DNA from: a virus | Lineage: Duplodnaviria > Caudoviricetes | Length of the DNA stretch: 64,000 nt | Virus record (IMG/VR): IMGVR_UViG_2630968832_000007 | Location: 2,735-66,734 of that record | Direction: 5' to 3' (one strand) | Shown: piece by piece, positions 50,378-60,462 of the stretch | How positions within the stretch are numbered: the stretch's first letter is position 1 | How the letters are laid out: every line of letters begins with the position of its first letter | Made by a program: the position numbers and the translations under genes | The notes under the pieces: model-generated | What the model was told of the DNA's origin: nothing | The model's input: the letters and a program-made list of their open reading frames with translations, nothing else | The model's database searches: none

Positions 50378-51928
50378 TCACTTTCTTACAAGCTCTCCGA
50401 CCTCGATCCATGTGTTCAAGTTTAAATCGACTTCAAACAAAAGATGTGGCTTTGTGCCAAACCTATTTTTATCAACATTGAAGGCATAATACCTTTTATT
50501 GGGATTTAAATCATGTCTTGCCGGTTCTCCCCAATCCGTCTCAGAAGCAACATACCCATATTTCGAAAACTTATTTGGCGGTATCTCCTTACATAACAAC
50601 AATGTATGCAGCACACGCTTCAATCCCTTGCAGTTCGCGATTTGATTGGAGACAAGTTCATCCGGTTCAATATAATTGGCATCGTCAGTAAGCTGAATGG
50701 ACAAATAGCCAAACATATTCAGTTGTTTGCATATTTCCGTGATCTTAGTAACGCTTACCATCATTGCCGCCCAATCTCCAACTGTCGCGATATCGTTTTT
50801 CATGGTATCATAGAAAACGTACTCAATGCCTTGCGTCATACTTGCTTTTCGTATTTCAAATTCAAGAGTTTTATCATCATAAGCCATTGAAACATCCTTG
50901 GTAAAAATCAGCCCCTGTGTTTGGTCTTCAATCCATTCAGCAATATGCATGATATCGTTATATTCAGATGACAGCTTTGATACACGCTCGATGTAATGCT
51001 CAATCGGCTCTGTGACATCACCCCAATCATCTTTTTCAGGATAAATGAATTCTCCGTTTTTGTCCTTGTAAAGACCTAAAGTGATTTCTCTTTCCTGTTT
51101 ATTCAGATTGATACCATGCAACTGCTGAAATTCGGGATTGTTTATCACTGTTGTGATAAGTGCATATCGCATTTCTTCTACAGTCATCTCATTGAGCATA
51201 ACCAGAACCTTTTCCTTACGCACAAGCGTGATATATGCAATGAGTTTTGCCATATATCTGCTTTTGCCCGCATTACTGAGCATACCAACCGCCATAACCG
51301 ACTTCTTTTTCAGGCCGCGAAAAACATCATTCATAATTGGGAACGGAATTGGCAACCCCATATCGGGAGCTTCCATGCAATGATGCAGCGTATCCTTTAT
51401 ATTGCTGTTTAGTATTTCCGCACTGTCATTCGTCAAAATCACAGTATTAATCCGATCAGCTTTAGAGCGAATCATACGGTAAATATCGGACGCAGTAAAC
51501 TTTTCGAACAACTTGTGCGACATGATCTTCTCAATATTAAAACCATTTCGCTGGTATTCTCGAAGCAAGGAATACTTTTTCAGTACTTCAAAATAATTTT
51601 TAAAATCATCTATAACAGCAAGCTGCATCCAGTCCGCGATTGTTTTCCAACCACGCAAAAGTTTATACTGCGCAAGACGCTCCTGATTTTCGCTCATGAA
51701 TGTTACTACAACTGTTTTATTCAAAGCCTGAGAGCGTGTCTCGAATATTGTAACTGCGCACTCATAAAAGAAACGTGTGGCTTCATCGAAAAAATCATAT
51801 TTGCTTTTGATATACTGACTATATTCAACGATAAGATCAGGGTTACGATAAATTGAACCAACAACCATAATTTCATTGGTAATATTCGATACCGTTTCTT
51901 CTATTTTCTCACCCCCCCCGAAATTCAA
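50378..51928 (-). CDS. DnaB-like replicative helicase (YorI-like)
   Basis: SNAGKS, NEMTVEE, FYD, IQL, DKNRFG. Confidence 0.85.
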   Translation of the reverse strand: MNFGGGEKIEETVSNITNEIMVVGSIYRNPDLIVEYSQYIKSKYDFFDEATRFFYECAVTIFETRSQALNKTVVVTFMSENQERLAQYKLLRGWKTIADWMQLAVIDDFKNYFEVLKKYSLLREYQRNGFNIEKIMSHKLFEKFTASDIYRMIRSKADRINTVILTNDSAEILNSNIKDTLHHCMEAPDMGLPIPFPIMNDVFRGLKKKSVMAVGMLSNAGKSRYMAKLIAYITLVRKEKVLVMLNEMTVEEMRYALITTVINNPEFQQLHGINLNKQEREITLGLYKDKNGEFIYPEKDDWGDVTEPIEHYIERVSKLSSEYNDIMHIAEWIEDQTQGLIFTKDVSMAYDDKTLEFEIRKASMTQGIEYVFYDTMKNDIATVGDWAAMMVSVTKITEICKQLNMFGYLSIQLTDDANYIEPDELVSNQIANCKGLKRVLHTLLLCKEIPPNKFSKYGYVASETDWGEPARHDLNPNKRYYAFNVDKNRFGTKPHLLFEVDLNLNTWIEVGELVRK

Positions 51929-52632
51929 ATTTCATCGAGTACATCAGCAATTGATACGTCGCCTTTGTGGCGATTGGGTTTGTTTGCACGTGGTATAATG
52001 TTTTCGTATATAACATTCGCGGACTCTTGCTGTTGTTCTCCCAGAAGGGATTGCTTTTCTTTCCATTCCAAGTAACCATCATATCTGCTCAATAGTATCG
52101 CCAAATCATAACTAATGCGTTGTATTGAATCCATACAATTGCCTTTTTGCTTGTTGTATTCATACACGCGATTAAGGTAAGCTTGCTTACGCTGCCACAT
52201 ATCGAGCAAATCTTCAGGAGGGCATGGTTTTTTTAATCCCTCATATTTTCCGCTGTACACACTGGCCAATTTTACATATATGTATTTAGGCATACATGAC
52301 AAATCATACGTATACAACAAATAGTCTGTAAGCAATCTTTTGGGGTTATCTGAAGTATTTTTCTCCCTATTTCTGCTTCCTGTCGATCTTCGTTTTTGCG
52401 TTACACACTTTGCGATTGCTTCACGAGCATCAACGGACATCTTCTCAACAAGCGAATCCACCTCATCCGAAGGCATTCTGCCTCGTTTTCGGCTGAGAAG
52501 TCTTTCTTTTTCACATTTGGCATGTAAAAATCGTTTTGTTTTCTCGTCGTAAACGAGGTCCAGAATGTCTAACACAAGATTTATTTCTTCCCCGCAGATT
52601 CCGCATTTACGCGTAATCTTCACGACAATCAC
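51925..52632 (-). CDS. Replication protein (YorH-like; possible loader)
   Basis: CGICG...HAKC; lies between the AAA ATPase and the helicase. Confidence 0.55.
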   Translation of the reverse strand: MIVVKITRKCGICGEEINLVLDILDLVYDEKTKRFLHAKCEKERLLSRKRGRMPSDEVDSLVEKMSVDAREAIAKCVTQKRRSTGSRNREKNTSDNPKRLLTDYLLYTYDLSCMPKYIYVKLASVYSGKYEGLKKPCPPEDLLDMWQRKQAYLNRVYEYNKQKGNCMDSIQRISYDLAILLSRYDGYLEWKEKQSLLGEQQQESANVIYENIIPRANKPNRHKGDVSIADVLDEI

Positions 52633-53786
52633 CCAATATCCTGAACGACTTTAAGGATTTGATGAAGAACCTTTACATCAGAAACCGTACGCATTGCCGT
52701 GGGCAAACCTGCGTCAGCAACGGCTTTTTTGGCTTTTTGCTTCAGTACCGGGGACAACGAATTGATCATACCTGTAATTTTGTCTCTCAGTACCTCTGCT
52801 TCATTGGTGTTTTCCTTAGGCTCATTTTCATTTTCGCTCTGTTCTACACCAATTTCCTCTGCATATTTACGCTCCTCTGTTTTGATTGCCTCGTGAATAG
52901 TGTTCTTAATGACAAATTCTCTATTTCCAGAGGTTTTATCAATCAAATCCTGATAATCGAGCAAAGACGGATCTTCGATATCGTCTCCAGCTTTATGAAT
53001 GCCGGTACGATCTTTCACAACGAAAGCGCGAACCGTCGTATAATCATCTTCGTCACGATACATACGAATACAGGTTTTCGCATTGTAATCCATATTCTTA
53101 AAGCCATCAGGAATTTTACGTCCAGTAGCAACAGTGACTTCCTTACCATTGATTTCCTTTGTGATCTTTTCGTCCGTTTCTCGCGCAGTAACGATGTAGT
53201 GTTTGCCGGAACCCATCAAATCAAGAATCAATTCCTGTCCTTTAAAATTGACCGTCTGGTAATCCTTAAGTTCCATGCCCGCGCCTTCAATTTTGACGAA
53301 TTTTTCGTCTCCAGTAAGGCCAGCAGCAGCAGCTTTTACCTTTGCTCTCTTTTTTGAAAACTCAACAATACTTGTTTTTGTGGTAAGATTCAAAACGCTT
53401 GCGCCGTCAACCACAATCATATCCGGTCGGAAGGGCTTCCCGTCACTGTCGAGATATACTTCGTCTGTTTCATTTCCATCATCGTCTGGAATGTAAAAAT
53501 CCTCACCATTCTTGGCCCGTTCAATAAACTCCAAAACTTCTGTAATTGACTGCGTATATGCAATAAGGATATTCCGCATATCAACACCGTTCTCTGCAAG
53601 TGTAGGAAGATAATCATCTACGCTACCGCTCTCCGGGTCAAGGTACAGCACTTTGAACGGAGAGCCGTCCGGGTTCTTTAGGTATGCAGATTGCAGCGCC
53701 ATTGTTGACTTTCCCGTGAACGGATTGCCAAATAGAATCATCTGAATCTTACTCTGAATTGCATTTCCACTTCTAAATCTTGCCAA
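52629..53786 (-). CDS. AAA_24/Sak4-like ATPase (YorG-like)
   Basis: GNPFTGKST, LDPESGS, IVVDG, TARE, KDRT. Confidence 0.8.
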   Translation of the reverse strand: MARFRSGNAIQSKIQMILFGNPFTGKSTMALQSAYLKNPDGSPFKVLYLDPESGSVDDYLPTLAENGVDMRNILIAYTQSITEVLEFIERAKNGEDFYIPDDDGNETDEVYLDSDGKPFRPDMIVVDGASVLNLTTKTSIVEFSKKRAKVKAAAAGLTGDEKFVKIEGAGMELKDYQTVNFKGQELILDLMGSGKHYIVTARETDEKITKEINGKEVTVATGRKIPDGFKNMDYNAKTCIRMYRDEDDYTTVRAFVVKDRTGIHKAGDDIEDPSLLDYQDLIDKTSGNREFVIKNTIHEAIKTEERKYAEEIGVEQSENENEPKENTNEAEVLRDKITGMINSLSPVLKQKAKKAVADAGLPTAMRTVSDVKVLHQILKVVQDIG

Positions 53787-53872
53787 ATTAGTTCCTCCAA
53801 TAAATTTTTGTGTTATAATATGGGATATAAGTAGCGCTAAGCAAAAGAAATAACCGCGAAGGACGTTTTGTT

Positions 53873-54247
53873 ATGGACTTAAACAACATTAATACCATTC
53901 TCACTGGCGTGGAAAGTATTGCCGCAGTCGTTTCCGCTATTGTTGCAGTCATTTCTGCCGTTAGGGCGCACAAGTATGCAAGCATAGCCAAAAATCTAAT
54001 TTACAATGAAACTTTACGTCTACATGATAATGCACATTTGCAACAAGGCCAAATTCAAAATAACTACATCACAAATGACGAGTCTAAAATACAAGAAATC
54101 GCAATAACCGAAGCGCAAAAAGTTACAGCTGGCGCAACATCAAAACTTGCATCCCATATTCCAAAAATGGAATTTGTGGGAGCGGATTTACATGTGTTAA
54201 CTCCACAATATAAGTCTCATAATATTAGCAACAGCGAAAAAGACTGA
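53873..54247 (+). CDS. Membrane-anchored protein (opposite-strand moron)
   Basis: N-terminal hydrophobic helix; TGTTATAAT extended -10 at about 53810. Confidence 0.55.
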   Translation: MDLNNINTILTGVESIAAVVSAIVAVISAVRAHKYASIAKNLIYNETLRLHDNAHLQQGQIQNNYITNDESKIQEIAITEAQKVTAGATSKLASHIPKMEFVGADLHVLTPQYKSHNISNSEKD

Positions 54248-54411
54248 ACATCCTGCCGCAATTAACGAAACAGTAGCCCAAAAATCAGCTCTTTTCATAT
54301 CCTCGTTTAGAAATTCAATCAAACTCTCACGGTCCAAATAATCACATTTTTTTGAACTTTTCTTCATATTGCACCTACCTTTTTAGATTACTTTATCTAT
54401 CATTTATTGGC

Positions 54412-55466
54412 TCACCACGGCTCATCATCATCCAATTCATCGTTGCTTTCAAGACTCTTGCCCCAGTTGCCACCATTCGAATTAGAACTACCGTAATCGT
54501 CTTCAGCTTTTTTTGATGCTGCAATTTTAGCAATTGCCTTGTCAATTTTATCTTCCGAATATTCTTCAGTATCAATTGTCTGAGGATCCGCACCAGTAAT
54601 CACAAACAAGCGTTGCGTAGGCGAATTTACGCGTTCCATTTTGTTTGCAGTGCCCCAAACACTGGCTTCCTCAACCTCTTCAATATCGCGTTCTACAATA
54701 ATATCGCCCCAAACTTTGATGGACGAATAAGGCTTAATATTCTTGCGGAATGCAGTAGCCAATTTCGAATCATAGATGACAAACTCTGCATCTTCAATCG
54801 ACTCATAATTGACAATCTTTGCAGATACCGTAAATTTCGTTTTATCTTCGTTTGGTTCGATCCCGGTAAAAACGATCACCTGAGTAAACTGTGCATTTGG
54901 AGTGTAGTCTTCTGCCTCCATGTCAATCGGTCTGCACAAACTTACCTGGGTGGGTACCAAACGAACATTATGCTTATCATTGTATGTACTAAACTCAAGA
55001 TTTCCCTTTACAAAAACGCTTGCGTCATCTTTCAAGTTCGTGCCAATCTCTTCACATGCATCGAATTCGGTAAGAACTTTTTTGTCGTTGACTTCATTTC
55101 CCTTCTTATCAACAATTTTCTTGACACCAACGTTTACGCCAATCATTCGATAGCCTTCTTTATCGAAAGTATACCGATCTTTCCATGCCACTTCCTGTGT
55201 GTCCTTTGTAATCCCTTTTGCCTTGTCTTCCCGGCGAGAATAATACACGGACTTACGTTCCATACCATTAAGGTATGTATATACAGAGCTGCCATCTTTG
55301 TCGATTTTCACTCCAAAATTAACTGATCGGAATGGTTTCTTGGTGCTCTGTGTAAGCTTATCCTCATAGAAACTATCCTTGTCGGTCCCAGTCACAAGAC
55401 CAGAAACACTAAACGAACCACGAGTCTGTACCAAATCAATCAAACGAGTTTTTTCTTTTCTGCCAA
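54412..55466 (-). CDS. ssDNA-binding-like protein (YorF-like) with a one-base frameshift after codon 6
   Basis: OB-like beta pattern, acidic tail DDDEPW; the RBS-linked TTG 55466 is out of frame with ORF 54412-55443. Confidence 0.65.
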
Positions 55467-55500
55467 GTTGAATCTCCTTTAATAAATTAATTATTTTATG

Positions 55501-56456
55501 TCAATCATAATCGGCATCGAAATTGATGCTGGTCATGTTCAACAGCTTATACCTATCACAAATTTCAGTTTGATGCATAAGACCTTCTTGTGTCGTCGGA
55601 TAAAAGTAAAACGTTTTTCCGCCTCGATTCACAGGAACTTTAAACCCAATCAGCTTTCCACATTTTTCGCAAATCAAATTGTCTCCATTCCACTTAGCGT
55701 GCTTCCAGCAAACATTATTGAAAATATGTAGCAATATCCAAAACCACCTTGTCACTCTTCGTCCTCCTCTTGTTCCAAACAAATCGTAGTAATCCATTCG
55801 CTTTTGCATGAAGGACACAGATTCCAGACTTCATATGGCGGTGAATCGAGGCCGTGACCGTCTATAAATACGGCTGGTTCATCAAATTCGAATCCGCATT
55901 TCTCACATTTAAACACTATGCCATAATATGTCGAAACACACGAAACGGATCATAGACATCGCTGGAATATACAAGTTGACAATGATAATCCTCTTCAAAC
56001 TTTTTTGCATCTTCATTAAGTTTCTTCAAACGAATCTCTTTTTCATTCTTCAACTTCTGTCGTGCCATGTCTTTCTCATAGCATACCTGAACATGTTCTT
56101 GGTACGCTGCATAGTCACCCTCAATTTTCTCATGGCAATACGGACACTCAAAAATCGGCTTCTTCATTTCAAATTTCATTAAACGATTCTCCTCTGTTAT
56201 GTATTTTGATTTACTGTTAATATTACTTCTATGACATATAAAACTGCTAGACGGCATCACCTTCTGCAAGCGGAGGAATTGTACATTCTTCCGTAAGATA
56301 TGTAATTAGCTCATCGGTACATTCCGGACAAAGATCTACACTTAATTCATCGCCATCATGCACACTGCCATATCCCAACTGTTGGTGATAAGAAAAACTA
56401 TATGTGTTTGCATCAATCTCCTTTCCACAACGATTACAAATTACTTTAATAGCCAT
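55501..56456 (-). CDS. Cluster of small Cys/zinc-ribbon hypothetical genes
   Basis: ORFs with CEKCG, CPYCH and CNRCG...CPEC motifs. Confidence 0.5.
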
Positions 56457-56553
56457 CTTCTTCCCTCTGATCGTGTAAATTCTTGTTTATTTTTATAATT
56501 AACTGTGGTATACTGTTTTTAAAACAACCACAGATTTAAAAGGAGTGTAAATT

Positions 56554-56802
56554 ATGCCTCGTGGAGTCAAAAAAGAAGTCACTTATACCGGAAAGGCTGC
56601 AAAGATCAATGAAAAAATCCTGAAGCTCGAAGCCGATTTAAAGGCAGCAAAAGAAGAGTTAAAAGCAGCCTATAAAGAACAGCTCAAGGAGGAAAAACGC
56701 GCCGCCAAAGAAGCTGAAAAGGAAAAAAGAGAGAACCTTATTAAAGCCCTCGAAGAAAGCGGAAAATCTACAGAGGAAATCTTGGAATTCCTCAAAGGCT
56801 AA
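56554..56802 (+). CDS. Small Lys/Glu-rich coiled-coil protein (moron with its own promoter and terminator)
   Basis: AAAAGGAG RBS; TGGTATACT -10 at 56506-56514; hairpin plus T-run at 56817-56847. Confidence 0.75.
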   Translation: MPRGVKKEVTYTGKAAKINEKILKLEADLKAAKEELKAAYKEQLKEEKRAAKEAEKEKRENLIKALEESGKSTEEILEFLKG

Positions 56803-56864
56803 AAACTAGTATTTTACGGTCGGCTTTGCCGGCCGTTTTTTTCTTTTGTCAAACAGCTATGCTT

Positions 56865-58751
56865 TCACCGATTTTCCTCCACACACACATTTTCGGCCTT
56901 TCCTACCAGAATGAGCGAATACACACCAACCACAGGCGCAAGCGGAATCTTTGCATGACAGACAGTCGCCATCATGGCAAGCACACTATCATCAACTTCG
57001 GCGCTATCATGAATGACAATAGCATCCGCTTCGCCCCGGCGCGTTTTCACACGCACGCGCTGCCCCTTTTTCAAATCCACAGGTGTTTCAAAAAGATATC
57101 CACTGCAACTAAAGTCACCTTCATGCCGTACAAGTACAACGTTCGTCATTTCTTTATCTCCTAAATTCATAATAGTCTCTAAAATATGTCCATTCCTCGC
57201 AAACGAACCACCGATGCCACCAGCGTTTGAGGCGGCCGCATGCGCGCCGCTTGCAGTACCGGCAAATACCGTTCTCCCTATGGTTCGGAATTGCTTTCAT
57301 GGTCTGCCTCCTCTGCTGGCTGCTGAAGCCATTTGTATGCATCTTGAATACTCAAAAAATCCGGTATTTTTATAAAACATTCTCGCCTAAATTTTACAGC
57401 GCTCAATAAAACCGAAATCTCCTTATCATCCATCGCACGGATGCGGTCGGCGTTGGTGATAATCTCCGGGTCGGTTTCAACACCGTATGTACTTCTTAAA
57501 GCAGCACAACCCGAACCACGATGGCGCAATGCCTTTTCTCCGTCCGAATCGGTATATTTTACATTCTGCAGCACCACCAGCCGCCCCTCTTTCTCCGCCT
57601 GCGCCAGCTCGCGGAGGCGGTTAGTAGAAATTTCCTTGATGATTCCCAACCGCTGAGCGTTTTCAGTTCGCAAGGTCATGCCGCGCCCGTATGAATCTAA
57701 AATGCGCTCGATTTCCTCCGGATCCAGCCCGGTTTCCTCGTAGGCAGCGAGGCGGTCAAACGCCTTTGCAATAGGGCAGTCAGTACAACCCTTTTCGCCT
57801 TGATTCCGACACACTTCTCTACACTCTAAATTGTCTGCGCCTTTTACCTGCCAGCAATGTTTATTGCCGACACAAAAATCATAAGTCAATCTCTCCATAT
57901 CAATCCTCCTACCATCTGCGACCATCAACAGGTTCAAATCGATGCTGGTCGAGCCAATAATGCGGGCATTCTCGGAATCCGTACAAATACGCCAGATAAT
58001 CTTTTCCTACATTCGCATTCCCGCAGCCAATGCCTCCGCCATACAGGCATGTGGAGCAATTCCGCGGCACTTTTTTAAACTCATGTACTTCTATTTCTCG
58101 CATTGTGAACCCTCCCGGTGCTTGCCGCACATGGGGCAGAACTTTGGCTCATAAATACCGACAGTGTGCCACTGATTGCCGCTCAATTCCTCAAACATAA
58201 TAGCCATAGGCTTTCCGTTACCTGACCTGATCATAATGCGTTTTTTCTGTTCAGATTCCCCAACGTAATGATACGAAAGGTCGCATCCTTCAAGGTCTGG
58301 TTCAAGCGTAGCGTCAAAACAGAATCGGCATCCCTTGCTTCGTTCCTCACGCTCTTGGAGGGCGGAGATAGCAACATCACATGCTTCCTTTGCTTCGGTC
58401 CCCACCATCATCTTCAAGCCCGTGAATATGGCAATCGCTTTTTGGTCAGTCATTGTCATTCCCTCCGTCCATCTTGGCTCCGCACACCGGGCAAAAATTC
58501 CAAACGCTCTCGGCGTATTCTTTTTCGGTTAGACAACCGCCACAAATCGAACATCTAACGGCAATTTTACAATCCAAAAATTTGAAACATCCAGAATCAT
58601 CCCACCGCCCATGCACCACCGGAGTGGCGTCAACGGCGGGCATACCTGCCAAAATACTTTCTAAAATATATACATCTACTATTCCCTCTTGAAATTCCAC
58701 ATTGTGCTCTGCCGCTTCCAGCAGCGCCTTTCGGCTTATCAAATCGTCCAT
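56865..58751 (-). CDS. Cluster of six small accessory phage genes
   Basis: Overlapping ORFs with common phage motifs RLAAYEETGL, TNADRIRAM, FCPMCG, DDLISRKALL. Confidence 0.55.
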
Positions 58752-58902
58752 TATGCTTCCTTCTCCTCAAAACATTTTTGCCACTCAGATGAGGTGTTGA
58801 TCCTCACATATCAATAGATGTAATCTGCTTTCAAATCAGCTCCACAGGCCGCTGTGGATAACCGAGCATGTTACCGTAGATTTAATTACGGCATAAAAAT
58901 TG

Positions 58903-58972
58903 TGCAAGCGGTAGGATTTGAACCTACTACATACCTCCTGGTGCGGTGCTCTACCAACTGAGCTACGCTTGC
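58903..58972 (-). tRNA. tRNA-like element with a degenerate, shortened anticodon arm
   Basis: GCAAGCG/CGCTTGC acceptor, GCTC-AGTTGGTA-GAGC D arm, GTAGG-TTCAAAT-CCTAC T arm; only 19 nt between D and T arms. Confidence 0.8.
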
Positions 58973-58974
58973 AT

Positions 58975-59335
58975 GAGCCTACTGTTCATGACCAGCAGGT
59001 TCAAATGTATGATTGGTCAGCAGAGGACGAAATACAAAGCCGACCTGCCACTATATGGCAAAATATAATTGCATAGATACTTTCGTTCTGCAAGTAGCGC
59101 AGTGATTTCACTATGCAAGGTTCGCTCAAGTGCCCTGTGTAAATAGGCATCCGATGTAAACACCAGAAGCTTGAACTTCCAGGCTGCAAGTTTGACCGAG
59201 GACATGCCTCTTGGGTACTTCCCCCATTTCAGATGCCACGTTCGCATCTTCTAGGACAATATCGGTGTGTCCGTACAGCAGATGTTCCAAATCCACCGCA
59301 CCGCAAATGTAACCTTGTGCACCGCCACAAGGGGA
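58975..59335 (-). ncRNA. Putative structured non-coding RNA (~360 nt) between the two tRNA elements
   Basis: About ten consecutive hairpins; no ORF with a convincing RBS. Confidence 0.5.
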
Positions 59336-59412
59336 TGGTGCGCCCTACGAGAGTCGAACTCGTCACTCATGGCTTATGAGGCCAGCGCTCTAACCAATTG
59401 AGCTAATGGCAC
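59336..59412 (-). tRNA. tRNA with CAU anticodon, probably tRNA-Ile2
   Basis: Full cloverleaf with encoded CCA; loop CTCATAA; C4-G69 and C5-G68 pairs; one mismatch each in the acceptor and anticodon stems. Confidence 0.85.
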
Positions 59413-59475
59413 ATGAGGCGTTCAAGCATAAAGCTTGAACGCTTAAGTATTAACTGATAATTAGATTGTGTTGTA

Positions 59476-59499
59476 GAAAAGGCACTTTCGTGCCTTTCC
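59476..59499 (-). terminator. Terminator after the MrpR-like gene
   Basis: GAAAAGGCAC-GAAA-GTGCCTTTTC. Confidence 0.65.
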
Positions 59500-59508
59500 C
59501 CTTGCCTG

Positions 59509-60411
59509 TCATCTGTACATTTTCTTCCAAACAAGATATTCGTGAGCGACATGCGTTCTTTTGGCTTTTACCATATACTGCGGGAACAAATTCGTAAGGA
59601 AGCGTTCTTCCTTATCGGAGCCTTTACTTGACTCAATGTCAAATTTCTGTTCAAACAGCGATGATTTCTGCACAGTGTCAAACGACATATTTTGTATCTT
59701 CATTTCCAAACCATCGTGTCCGACCGCCTTATCCAAAAGCAAATAAGACGCATTGCGTATCGAAAGGGTCGTTTGATGCTCCGCTCCAGTATACTTAAGC
59801 GCAGGAAACAAATACTCGCGGTTTGCTATCTCAAGGAATTCATTTCTGCCCACATCGAAGCTGTTGATCTCTGAATATTTCTTTACGGCACTCATGATCT
59901 CATACCGTATATAGTGAGCTCCAATCTTCTGGTGCTGGAAATCAATTTCTTCCATTCGAATGCCGGCAACTTTCTGATGCGGTATCCCACACCAGAGCAA
60001 TCCCCAGAACACATAGGAACGCAGCCCTATATGCGTATTCAAATCAAACCTGTTTTTTAGTGCTTCGTTGAATTCGCCAAAAGATGAAAACAGGATTTTT
60101 ACATATTGCTCAATTGCATATTCGATCGTCTCTTTCGGCGTGGGGAAATCAAATAGAACATCCGTTTGCGAGATGCCGCAGCGTGAACACTTCTTTTCCG
60201 TAATTTGCTTGATCTTGCTCAACCGCGTCGCTATGCTGGAGCGTGAGAAAATACGAGCGTTTACCAACTGGATATACTGCTCTTTTGTAAACCGCTCAAG
60301 CGGCACCTGGTTTCTTTTCTCCGCCTCACGGATGTCATTTAATATCGTCGCTATCGGCGATTTCGTCGTATCTCCTTCGTACTCGCCAAGGATCTCATCG
60401 TAAATATCCAT
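59509..60411 (-). CDS. Catalytically degenerate tyrosine-recombinase-fold protein (MrpR/YopR-like repressor)
   Basis: Box I-like GLLWCGIP..VAGIRMEEIDF lacks the catalytic Arg; no HxLRH; own TTGAAA-17-TACAAT promoter at 60466-60438. Confidence 0.65.
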   Translation of the reverse strand: MDIYDEILGEYEGDTTKSPIATILNDIREAEKRNQVPLERFTKEQYIQLVNARIFSRSSIATRLSKIKQITEKKCSRCGISQTDVLFDFPTPKETIEYAIEQYVKILFSSFGEFNEALKNRFDLNTHIGLRSYVFWGLLWCGIPHQKVAGIRMEEIDFQHQKIGAHYIRYEIMSAVKKYSEINSFDVGRNEFLEIANREYLFPALKYTGAEHQTTLSIRNASYLLLDKAVGHDGLEMKIQNMSFDTVQKSSLFEQKFDIESSKGSDKEERFLTNLFPQYMVKAKRTHVAHEYLVWKKMYR

Positions 60412-60462
60412 ACTGGCCTCCTCATCTCAATATGTACATTGTACGATTTTTGCATTGGCTTT

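Noticed and set aside
51911-51920. G8 tract as a phase-variable switch for the helicase
   Set aside because: It may simply be the Shine-Dalgarno region for a downstream ATA start; there is no evidence of length variation
54275-57372. AAAA-N7-9-TTTT elements as a dispersed operator family
   Set aside because: Too degenerate to distinguish from chance in AT-rich DNA without motif statistics
59005-59040. Hammerhead-like GAGGACGAAA on the + strand
   Set aside because: The CUGANGA core is absent and stems I and III cannot form; it is only a hairpin
59280-59335. Theta (HDV-like) ribozyme 3' of the tRNA
   Set aside because: No nested double pseudoknot could be built by eye
59509-60411. Active tyrosine integrase marking a third element
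   Set aside because: The catalytic Arg and HxxR motifs are missing and no att repeat is visible at the neighbouring tRNA
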